Assembly: GCF_011386835.1 (NCBI RefSeq)
Contig: NC_088806.1
Span: forward strand, 29,946,001-30,010,000
DNA: 64,000 bases
DNA from: Chrysemys picta bellii
Taxonomy: Eukaryota
Direction of reading: 5' to 3'
Shown: piece by piece, positions 11,904-21,491 of the stretch
Position numbering within the stretch: position 1 is the stretch's first letter
Layout: every line of letters begins with the position of its first letter
Made by a program: the position numbers and the translations under genes
The notes under the pieces: generated by a model
Told to the model about the DNA's origin: nothing
Seen by the model: only the letters and a program-made list of their open reading frames with translations
Database searches by the model: none

Positions 11904-12866
11904 TGTAAGAGTCTCTGCCGAGGTTCGGCCCTCAGCGGGGCTGTGGGGTATCCCACCGCCTCGCTCTGGTCCGCCGTCAGTCCTGGTCCAGCGGCAGTCT
12001 GGGACAGCAAACACATGGTTAGAGGCTCAGGCCCCTTAGGGACTGAGCCAATAGGTCAGAAAAAGCCCGGAGCCCTCAATCAGGGTGGGGCAGCAACCAC
12101 ACAGTATGGAGCTCAGGCCCTCACGCAGGGGCTCACGCAGGGGCTGAGCCAATAGTTCGGGACCCCCGGCCCTTAAGCAGGGGCTGAGTCAATGTTTGTA
12201 GCAGCCCAGGCCCGGGGCAGTCAGAGTGGGGCAGCAATCAAATAGTCAGTCGGGAACCCAGGCCCTTAAGCAGGGGCTGAGTCAAGGAGCAAGAGGTCCC
12301 AGCCTCTCTAGGCCAGGGAAAAGGGGGAGCCCGGGGCCCTAGCAGCGGTGGAAACTCGCTGCTGTCGGTGGGGATCCTGGCCGCAACACACTGACATCGG
12401 CTCCGGCAGTGCTGCAGCCAGACTGGGGTTGGCTGCCCCCGGGCTACTTCCACACTCCCCCTCGTAGGGACTGGGCCGTAGTAGTGTCCTCGGGGCTCTC
12501 CACCAGCATCGGTTCCTCCAGGTAGGTAGCGAAGGGCAGGCTCGGCTCCTCCTCGGGATAGCAGGAAAGGGGCAGGCTTGGCAAGTCCTCCTCAGGGTAC
12601 CGGGCGAGGGGTAGGCTCGGCTGGCCCGGTGAGTCAGCAGGCCGGTCGCGGCCTGCGGCTGTTTCCCAAGTGGGAGCTCGGCCACAGACGTCTGCTCTTT
12701 CCGCCGGCTTGTTCTCCACTGAGCTCTGCAGGCGGGCTTTTATACCTCCGGGTCGGCGCCGTGACCTCTGAGGGGCGGGCGCCGGACCCCGTGGCTCCGC
12801 CCACGTTGGTGTTAGGGGAGGTTCGGCCCTCAGCGGGGCTGTGAGGTATCCCACCGCCTCGCTACA
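11904..12866 (-). mobile_element. Solo LTR-like element (963 bp), CpG-rich and apparently young
   Basis: TGTA...TACA termini, flanking 5-mers GATGC / GACAC, a minus-strand TATAAAA at 12738-12744, and a 46-bp direct repeat at 11920-11965 / 12818-12863. Confidence 0.8.
12738..12744 (-). promoter_or_regulatory. TATA box of the LTR promoter
   Basis: Minus strand reads GGTATAAAAGCCC, ~120 bp inside the element's minus-strand 5' end and preceded by a GC-box-like GGGCGGAG. Confidence 0.6.
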
Positions 12867-13899
12867 GACACGATAAATAGATCCCTGAGAGCTCGATTTC
12901 TACCTGCCAATCCGGGCGGGTAGTATAGATTAGCCCATAGTTTGGGGGGTGAGAGGGAATCAGGTTTTGGCATTTTTTAGCTGATTTTTGGTTTTGTTTT
13001 CATTTTTCTGACAAAAAAGCCAAAATTTTCCACTGAAATTTGACAAAAAATGAACCATTTTTCCTTTTCATTGAATATTGCCACAGAAAAAATCTGACTA
13101 CCTCTAGTATCTCCATGCCTTCTTCATCCACACCTGTCCTCTATCTCCTCAGTTTGCAAAGCCACCAACCTCTCCTCATTCAAATCCCTTCTAATAAACC
13201 AAATTTCTCCCATGAGCCCTGGTTTATTGTCGTTATAGAGGTATATTTATCACCACCTCCTCAAAATTCTTAAGTTAGCCTCAAATCTGCGGTTTCTCAA
13301 TGCATTCTGCCTTCATTCTGCAGAGCTTCTAGGTTATAGGTACAGGGATTGTTTGAGTTTTTTGTGCATTGCATAGGGCTCAACACAATTATTGTCATTA
13401 AATTAATTGTAATAACTAATAACATTCCAAGATCTGTGATCGATGGAGCAGGAAAGCTGGAGGTGAATCTACCCAGCTCACAGTATTATCTCATTTTTTT
13501 TAAGTGTTAAAAATTCCTACTACTCTCCAATTTCTCTAAGTTTTATGTCCATCTCAAGTTAAACTGTCTTTTTTACACAATCCTAATCAGCGTCCAATAT
13601 AACCTACATGACTGTCTTAGTAGCTGTTACTGCTCTTTATTAGTTAGCCTAGGGAGTTAAAAGTCCCCTAAGAAGCCCCAGGGAAAGGGATTTCTGAGAC
13701 AAGTAGAATAGGATTTTTTCTTCCTCCATGGATGGAGGCAACATGGGAGGGAAGGAGTTGTCTTATGGTTAGAACTGACAGGGAGAGAGGCTTGTGCTTG
13801 TATTAGACATGTACCGTGTGTGCATATATAGGATTTAAGAAATAATTGAGCAAAGAGACACTTCTCTTTTCTTAAAGAGGAGAGATAGTTGGGGGATAA

Positions 13900-14158
13900 C
13901 GCACTGGTTTAGGACCCAGAAGAGCTTGGTTTGGTTCCCTGCACTATCACAGACTCCCTGTGTGACCACTAGTAAATCACATACTCTGTGCCTCAGTCTC
14001 ACAGCTGTAAACTGGGGATGATAATCTTTCTTTTGCCTCTCTGGACGGTAAAAGTTTCAGAGCAGGGACTGTCCCTCAGTATGTGTAAGTGCAGCACCTA
14101 CCACTGGGATTGTGATCTCAGTTGGGGCTTTTAGGTACTACTGTAATATAAGGAATAA
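13900..14158 (+). mobile_element. CORE-SINE with L2-like tail
   Basis: CTCTGTGCCTCAGTCTCACAGCTGTAAACTGGGGATGATAAT core, followed by ...GAGCAGGGACTGTC...GATCTCAGTTGGGGCTTTTAGGTACTACTGTAATA tail. Confidence 0.75.
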
Positions 14159-16026
14159 GATCCCAGTAGGCCATGCTTTAAGCCTTTTCTTCTAGTGACA
14201 AAAATCTTAATGTTTCTTCTGAAAAAACTGACTCAGACTAAATCCAAATATTCTCTTGCATTCAGCGTTCTAGGGTTTAACATTTTGTCTTGCAGTTTTT
14301 TTCTTTACCGGAAAAATCAACAACTCGATCATCACGGCTGTGACCAGTTTGTATCACCGGAATCTGCTCTCCCTATGCTCCTCTGGGTCAACATTCCTGG
14401 CACAGCTATCATTTCACATCCCTTGGCTCTTCTAGCGCAGAGCAATTGCTGGCTCCATTAACAAAATTAAGTTGTGCACATTGCGTGTGCTGGGAAAGAA
14501 TCTTTTCTCCATCTCCTCTGAAAATTATATGCTACAAATAAATAACACAACAAGGCTCCTAGAGTCCTATGGATAACTGAGGAGAAACTAGTCTCCCAAT
14601 ATCTCTATCCATCCACCCACCATACCGTGTTTTATTATCTATTATCCTAGAGCTATCTAGTTCATCTTCATCTAGTTTTTTATCTTCATCTACCTCTATT
14701 TTTAAATTGCCTATTGGCATTTGGGAATCAGTTCACCCTGTGGATCTATAAAGGAATAGCAACAAAGGAATCTATGAGGCGAGATCAGATTTTGAAAAAA
14801 AAAATATAGGGGACAGAAGACAGCGGTGAGAGCACTGTGTTTTCCTGACTACCCAGATCTAAATATTTATAAGTCACTTTTGAAAATGCCTGACCTCCGT
14901 GAACCCCTTCTGATGAGCTGCCACTAGAAACAGCACAAGAGCAGGCAGGGCACTCAGTTAACATTGCCTGTGTAGTCCTGCACTGAGGCCTGGGATGAGC
15001 TCGCAGAGGAAAGAGGGCTGTGGTAATTGGAATGCTGAATGTATTCTTGCCTATAACTGAAATGGGGGAACATCAAGCCTGCAAAATTAAGTGCAGATTC
15101 AATTAGAAATTTCACTGAAATTTCAAATTATGGCCATTTTTTTAAGCGACAGAATTATACTGTGTTACAGAGAAAGTGACAGGTAATTTGGGACACTAAA
15201 GATTTCTTGGACTCTGTAGTTAATGGGGAGTTTAGCACCAATTCCTCTGTAATTTGCACTTCTGAGAAACTGCATTATTATAAAGTCAGAAATCTCTAGC
15301 TCTTTCAACTCCAAGATCTGCAAGCTAAAGATGACCAGAAATTGAGAAGGCCTGAGTCCATAGGTCAACCATTTCAATATCTGAGGCTGTGTGGCTTCCA
15401 AAACCTGGCATTCCAATTGAAGAGTTGAAAATTGGAGGTGACATTCAGAAGTCTCTGAAAATTATAACCCTGACTTCCTCCCTGAAAAGCTTATCTGAAT
15501 CCTAGCTTATCCTTTGATGAGGTTACTGAAAAAGCATTCTGTTCTGAGTACTTGAAAGATAACAGGCAATGCATGTGAGCCAGTGCACTTCTCCCTAGGG
15601 GAGAAACACTATTGACTGAAACAAGCATGGGGCACTAATTAAATGGTCCAAATTATGCTGGACATCAAGATCTTGGTATGTCACATCTTTCCCCTCTATA
15701 TCCCTACACTCACAGAGGTAAGGTGTGGGCTGGTCTTTCTTCATCCACCCACTCCTAGCAATATATGCACAAAATTCACAGCTTTTAACATCATAGGGTC
15801 CGATTCAGTACTGGCCAAGCCTGCAATGCTGAATTCTGGACATAGAAACTGCAGGCTTTAATATAGCATGTTACCAACTGAGACTATTGTCCATCTCTTC
15901 TTCTGAGTGCAAGGCTTGGTCTTAATTGTTCCCAAGGGTGGAAATCTCTTGGGGGAAGAACCAGTTTCTGGATCTCAGCATAAAAATTGGGGTCCTTAGA
16001 AAATCTCTAAAACATTCATTAATTAA

Positions 16027-16308
16027 AACAAGGAGTCTGGTGGCACCTTAAAGACTAACAGATTTATTTGAGCATAAGCTTTCGTGGGTAAAAAACCCAC
16101 TACTGGTTCGCCACTTGTGAGGTAACTCTCTTCTCTTCATGTGTCATATATAATGCCTGCATCTGTAATTTTCACTCCATGTATCTGAAGAAGTGGGTTT
16201 TTTATCCATGAAAGCTTATGCCCAAATAAATCTGTTAGTCTTTAAGGTGCCACCAGACTCCTTGTTGTTTTTGTGGATACAGACTAACACGGCTACCCCC
16301 TGATACTT
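16027..16308. mobile_element. Penelope-like element terminus with inverted duplication
   Basis: 75-bp inverted repeat, 16027-16101 vs 16192-16266 (3 mismatches). Followed by GGATACAGACTAACACGGCTACC, a motif shared with the copy at 20128. Family assignment is from recall of reptile Penelope-like repeats. Confidence 0.8.
16181..16221 (+). ncRNA. Minimal type I hammerhead ribozyme motif (partly decayed)
   Basis: GTAT-CTGAAGA-A-GTGGG(TTTTTTA)TCCAT-GAAA-GCTT-ATGC: CUGANGA and GAAA core, stem II, palindromic AAGCUU in place of stem III, and GUAU/AUGC stem I. Confidence 0.6.
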
Positions 16309-16410
16309 GACATCATTAACTAAACACATTCTTTATTTTAGAGGAGATAGAAAACTGAGGTCCTAACTGCTTTTGCTCATTAAAAATCCTACGAGAACAG
16401 GGAAATTAGT

Positions 16411-16543
16411 GTCATCCTATTCAGGAGAGCATTTAAGCATGTACTTAAAATTTAGCATATGCCTAAGTCTCACTGACTAAAATGGAATTTAAGCACATGC
16501 TTAAAGTTAAGCAACTACTGAAGTGTTTTCCTCAATGTGGTCC
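16411..16543. mobile_element. Short AT-rich MITE-like repeat (related copies near 2125-2187 and 22335-22371)
   Basis: GTCATCCTATTCAGGAGAGCATTTAAGCATGTACTTAA closely matches the reverse complement of ~2150-2187. Internal TTAAGCACATGCTTAA near-palindrome. Confidence 0.55.
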
Positions 16544-17689
16544 TTAACAGAGAGAAAAGTGAGTGAAACAAGTTAATAGCCTCCCAAAGATATCACTGAG
16601 AAACAATGGACTCAGGCGTGTTCCGTTTAACCCGAGCCCAGTTATCTACTGAGCAAGCTAAGAAAATGACCAAATATGATATTTGTGAAGGAAAATAAAG
16701 TTATTTTATAAACTAGAGTGATATTTGAAGCTCATGAAAAACAAGATAATGCATATAAAAATAAGATATTATGGTAAAATCAGTATTAATTATCAGGAGC
16801 AAAAGTGCTGCACTTGAGGCAATAAAAGTTTTAATATTCTAAAAGAAAATGACTCTCATAAAAGGCTAACAACTGGGCTCTGTGCCAGAATCCCATTGTA
16901 GGAATGTAACACCGCTGCCGCAGAACCCTCCCCAAATAAACATCCACACAGCACAGCGCTAATTTGGCTACTATAACTAGGGTAGGAACAGTGGGGGAGA
17001 AAAGTGCTATTCCAGCAATTTACCTTTTTAATAACAGTAAATTATTCTCTACATAAAGCTACTTTGTAAACCTCTTGTGTGCTTTACAATGGCTATTTAC
17101 CATTCTTGTTCACTTCACAAGTCTGAGTTTTTTTTAGGGCGGTTTTGAAACATACACAGTGCATTTTTGTCACTCATTTCTCCTGCAAAAGCCCCCAAAT
17201 CCTTTAATTTATGACAAGCCAGAATTACACTATTATTTTTTTTTACATTTTGAATTTTAAATAACTTCTACAGTTTAATACAGACTACAAATAAGATGCA
17301 AATGTGATCTTAAGTTGAGGCCTGCAAATTATTTGTAATTAAATGCAAAACAATGTAAACTTCAGGGGTGGTGGGGTGCTACATTTTATAACAAACCCCC
17401 AAGTGGGCTCATTCTTGTGAAAAAGTTTGGCAGGATAAGTACATTGTTCAAGTGGAAAGGGATGCATTTTCAAGAGAAGGCAGCTTTGCATCTTCACATT
17501 CAGCAGTTTGTGGGGCTTTGCGTGTGAAGATTCAAATTCTGCATAAAGACAAATTACATGAGATTAGAAATTTAAAACTGATGTTTGAATTTTGCACAGA
17601 TCGAATCATTGTTCCAACTAAACTTCATTATGCAAAGAGTTAATGCTTAAATTAAAAAAACCCAACACACAAATTTTGGCAGGGATATA

Positions 17690-17890
17690 AAACCTCATGT
17701 TTCAGGGTTAAAATCAATCTCTAACTATTAGGATTAAGATGAGACTTTCACGTGATGCAGATTATCCTACATCTCCCCACAGCAGGGTTTCTTGCACTTT
17801 TCTCTGAAGCAACTAGTATTGGCCACTGTCAGAGACAGGATACCAGAGTAGATGGACCATACATCTCATCCAGTCTGGCAACTCATTTGT
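17690..17890 (+). mobile_element. Old CR1/L3 3' UTR fragment
   Basis: ATTATCCTACATC...TCTCTGAAGCAACTAGTATTGGCCACTGTCAGAGACAGGATAC..AGATGGACC, homologous to 49281-49457. Confidence 0.7.
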
Positions 17891-17902
17891 TCCTCGTTTA
17901 CT

Positions 17903-18026
17903 TAGGGTGACCAGACAGCAAGTGTGAAAAATCGGGACAGGGAGTGGGAGGTAATAGGAGCCTATACAAGAAAAAGACCCCAAAATCGGGACTGTTCCTA
18001 TAAAATCGGGACATCTGGTCACCCCA
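17903..18026. mobile_element. hAT MITE (124 bp)
   Basis: TIR TAGGGTGACCAGA / TCTGGTCACCCCA. 8-bp TSD CGTTTACT / CATTTACT (one CpG-type mismatch). Three internal AATCGGGAC subterminal repeats. Confidence 0.85.
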
Positions 18027-18050
18027 CATTTACTTATGAAGACATATATA

Positions 18051-18241
18051 CACCTCTACCCCGATATAACGCGACCCGATATAACACAAATTCGGATATA
18101 ACGCGGTAAAGCAGTGCTCCGGGGGGGGGGGGGGGGGGGGGCTGCGCATTCCTGTGGATCAAAGCACGTTCGATATAACGCAGTTTCACCTATAACGCGG
18201 TAAGATTTTTTGGCTCCCAAGGACAGCGTTATATCGAGGTG
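18051..18241. mobile_element. Tc1/mariner (Tigger/pogo-like) MITE containing a G21 run
   Basis: TA|CACCTCTACCCCGATATAACGC at the left end, several GATATAAC(G) repeats, and a right end GCGTTATATCGAGGTG matching the left TIR with a small deletion. Poly-G at 18121-18141. Confidence 0.7.
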
Positions 18242-20127
18242 TTTTTAAATCAAGATATTTTTGTTGATTTTATTATGAAACAATAGAGGCCCAGATCCTG
18301 CAAACACTTACCCATGTGAGTAACTTTATGTATGCTAATGATACCTTTTAAGTCAGTAGGAGAACTCATTTGTGTGGGTTTGCAGGATTGGGGCCCTGGA
18401 GAGACTAAATTTAGGGGAAAAAAATAAGTTACTCAGCTGAAATAATTTTTTCTAAAACTAGTTGTGTTTCTTAATTCCCTCCCCACCTACACTGACAATC
18501 ATTGTTTTCTGGTTCACTGCCCCCACGCCCCCGTCAGTGCCTTCAGCATTCCAGTCACTGCAGTGTGAGAGTAGCTGGTATTTTGAGTGCTTTGCATCAA
18601 ACGGATTGCAATACTATACATTTAACAGACTGTATTCTGCAACTGCCAGAAAAAAATTGGAAGTAACTTTGAAATGGAAGGTCTATTTAATCTGATTCTG
18701 GAGGAAGATCAATGAAGCTAATATGTCTAGGGGGAAATGATGCAAACTGCAGATACTTAATTGAAGAAAACCTGGAAAACAATAAGACTGATAGATGATA
18801 GAGCTCACCAAATTAAGTATGATCAAGGGATGCTATTCAGATCCAAAAGGTGAAGGGAATTTTGGGTGGTAGACTCCGAAGCAGGAGGCCAGAAGGAGAG
18901 CTGTGTTTGTTGATGCAGCTGCAATGGGATCACACATTTACACCTGCCAAGAGCAGGTCTGAATCTAGCCCGCTGTGTTACAAAGCAAGCAGATAATACT
19001 TCTCCTGGATCCCTACATTTAGCTCTGTCAGAGTACCTTAATAACAGCAAGAAGGGACAAACTAGGAGGGGTTCAGAGAACAGCAAGGAGAATCATCATG
19101 GGCGAGGGCTGCGGGGGATTGAGATAGAGAGGAGGGCTCACTTTCTCTGCAGAGTGTTACCTAGGCATCTGCAAAACGGGAAAGAAGAAAGAAAGGAAGG
19201 GATGAAAAATGGGGAGGAAAAAAAAATGAAGCTAGAAGGATCAAAGGTTAGGAAAATGTTCCATGAATTACCCATGACAAGCTGCCATCTTTAATAAATC
19301 TCTCCCCGCTTGCCCTAGCCCTCCTCCCCCCCACCCCCAGACGCACATTGCCTAAATGCTCACCTGTTATGTTACACTGGCTTTTAATGGTGTGATTGCT
19401 GATGGACTGTTCTCCCTGGCTGCAGTGGCCGAAACAACAAAGCTAAGCAGCACTTCAGGGAAATCCTTCAAAGGCCCCTTGCCTTGAAAACGCTGAACAT
19501 TATTTCCGTGGGCTCTTAAACAGAATAATTCATTAGTCAGCTAAGAACAATCAATATCCCACTCCAACAGTTTATACACTGACTCTGTTTACCCAGTGGA
19601 CCCTCTTTGATAATATTATTTATGATTCTAAATAACTCCATCGGTGTTCAATAGAGCTGGGAGGTGCCTATGGGACCAGGGCACAATCAAATTATGAAGA
19701 CATATGGTTTACTCAGCACTGGAAATGTTCAAATGCGTTTCATTGCTGTTAGCCTTGCTGCAGTACCTACCCCAATCAGTTATACAACCTTCTTAATATC
19801 CTTTACTATTAGGAACACTTCTTCAGGGAGAGAGAGGGCTCTGACTCAGCCAACTGAGAGAGGCTGCTGTAACGGGTATTTTATTGTGGCTATTTCAGGA
19901 TTCTTAGAACTGAAGGACACCAACAGTTCAATGCATCCCAAACTGAAGCCGCAATTAAGCTTCTGCACTGCTTAGGATCTAGGGAGGGAGAGAGATTGGA
20001 AAGAGGAGAAGGTTTTTTGGGGAAAATTACACTACCCTCCACGAGAGAGGAGTCAAATGAGTGCAGCACTAGCTCAGAACTACCCTGGTGAGAACATCCC
20101 AGAACAGAGACGTTATGTCCATTTTAA

Positions 20128-20258
20128 TACATCCGAAGAAGTGGGCTGTAGTCCACGAAAGCTTATGCTCTAATAAATTTGTTAGTCTCTAAGGTGCCAC
20201 AAGTACTCCTGTTCTTCTTTTTGCGGATACAGACTAACACGGCTGTTACTCTGAAACC
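20128..20258. mobile_element. Penelope-like element terminus (single arm)
   Basis: GAAGAAGTGGGCTGTAGTCCACGAAAGCTTATGCTCTAATAAATTTGTTAGTCTCTAAGGTGCCAC...GGATACAGACTAACACGGCT, homologous to 16188-16295. Confidence 0.8.
20129..20168 (+). ncRNA. Minimal hammerhead-like motif, CCGAAGA core variant
   Basis: ACAT-CCGAAGA-A-GTGGG(CTGTAG)TCCAC-GAAA-GCTT-ATGC. Confidence 0.5.
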
Positions 20259-20614
20259 TAACATTGCCTATGTCTCCACTGCAATAAAACACCAGCTGCT
20301 GGCCCCTGTCAGCTGACTTGCGTTCATGGAGCTCGGGCTGAGGGGCTATAAAATTCCAGTGTAGACCTTGAGGTCTGGGACCGTGCCCCCCTCACATGTT
20401 TGGAGAGGTGTGCACATACAAAACACATATTTACAGGGACAAAACATGCATCTGCACATGCAATATTGTTAATTGCAATGCAAAGTGTTCTCATGTGCAT
20501 GCAAATACCAACTTTCCAGTGTGGGGGGAACATTTTGTGGACACAACTTACTGACTTTTGCAAATCACCTCCTGTCAGATTCTAGATTCTAAAATGCTTT
20601 TATTATTGTTTGTG

Positions 20615-21220
20615 TGTACTATGGTAGGGTGTTGGTGGTCACCTTTAGATCTTTGGTGCCTCCTTGCAGTAAAACAGACAACACAGCAACTCTGTCCCAG
20701 TTCCCCTCCTTTGATAGGCCAATAACCAACTTGTCCGCATGTGAATTCTTTGTTACAACCTTGGCCCTCCTGTTAAACACTCCAATACTTCAGGAGGCCG
20801 GTTCCCAGCTGATCGCTTTAGATAAGGGGCACACAATTCCTGGCCTCTTTGAGCACAGCTCACTTGTTCAAGGCCTTAATAAACCCCCTTGCTGGTTTGA
20901 TAGGGGAACCCAGCCCCACCCACTCTGGGTGCAGGGACCCCATACACAGGGGTTGGCACTATGCTCTCCCACTCTTGTACTGTTTCCCTGGCCTGCTTCC
21001 TACCGTACCCCTTTTGCAGACTGTTTTTTGGCGTTACACCCTTGGCTCTCTTGTTTAGAGGATCCAGTCTCCTGGATGGCTTCTCCCCACAACCTTGCTG
21101 AAGACAGCCGCTCTCAATCCTCCAGTCTCCTTAGCCATCTCCTTAGCTGTGGGGAGGCCACCAATTAGCCCAGCTGAGGAGACAGTCAGGTTCCCTATTA
21201 ACCCTTTAGTGTCTGAGACA
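20615..21220 (-). mobile_element. Solo LTR-like element, degenerate
   Basis: Minus strand begins TGTCTCAG...AAAGGGTTAA (compare AAGGGGTTAA near the start of the 56199 LTR) and contains GAGTGGGTGGGGCTGGGTTCCCCTA. No TSD resolved; boundaries approximate. Confidence 0.55.
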
Positions 21221-21269
21221 ACATAGGATTTGCGCATTCCAAGATGTCGGCTCTAGCGACCCCTCCTGA

Positions 21270-21491
21270 TATTAGAGCCCCAGGGTGCCAGACATTGCAT
21301 GTAACAGACAGTGCAGTGTTTACAGTCTAAGCAGACACGACAGACAAAAAGTAAGGAAGGAGGAAATATTATTAGCCTCATTTTCTAAATGGGTGACTGA
21401 GAGACAAAGAGATTTCACAAAGTCATCTCAAAAGCCTGTGGCAGAGCTGGGAATTAAAGCCAGCTGTCCTGAGTCACAGCCCAGTGCCTTA
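21270..21491 (-). mobile_element. CORE-SINE (MIR-like)
   Basis: ATTATTAGCCTCATTTTCTAAATGGGTGACTGAGAGACAAAGAG...GTGGCAGAGCTGGGAATTAAAGCCAGCTGTCCTGAGTCACAGCCCAGTGC. Confidence 0.7.

Larger units (their letters stand above)
11686..12936. mobile_element. PIF/Harbinger-like MITE (11686-11903 + 12867-12936), split by an LTR
   Basis: 15-nt termini GGCTAGGTCTACATT / AGTATAGATTAGCCC, flanked by the 3-bp duplication ATA (11683-11685, 12937-12939). Internal perfect 13-bp hairpin AATTCAGCTACGC-GAATA-GCGTAGCTGAATT at 11729-11759. CpG-rich. Confidence 0.75.
11531..13106. mobile_element. Old AT-rich hAT-type element split by nested insertions (host parts 11531-11685 and 12937-13106)
   Basis: Begins TAGGGCAAG and ends CTACCTCTA like the 6292 and 28575 copies, with a similar AT-rich interior. 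Flanks ATATTTCA / GTATCTCC match only 5/8. Confidence 0.5.

Noticed and set aside
11920-12863. CRISPR-like or prokaryotic repeat system suggested by the direct repeats
   Set aside because: There are only two copies, 898 bp apart, inside a eukaryotic LTR-like element, with no spacer array or cas-like ORFs. Nothing in the window looks prokaryotic.
20614-21168. 184-aa plus-strand ORF
   Set aside because: It lies inside an LTR-like repeat, has no recognisable domain, and its composition (L/P/C/S-rich) is typical of chance frames.
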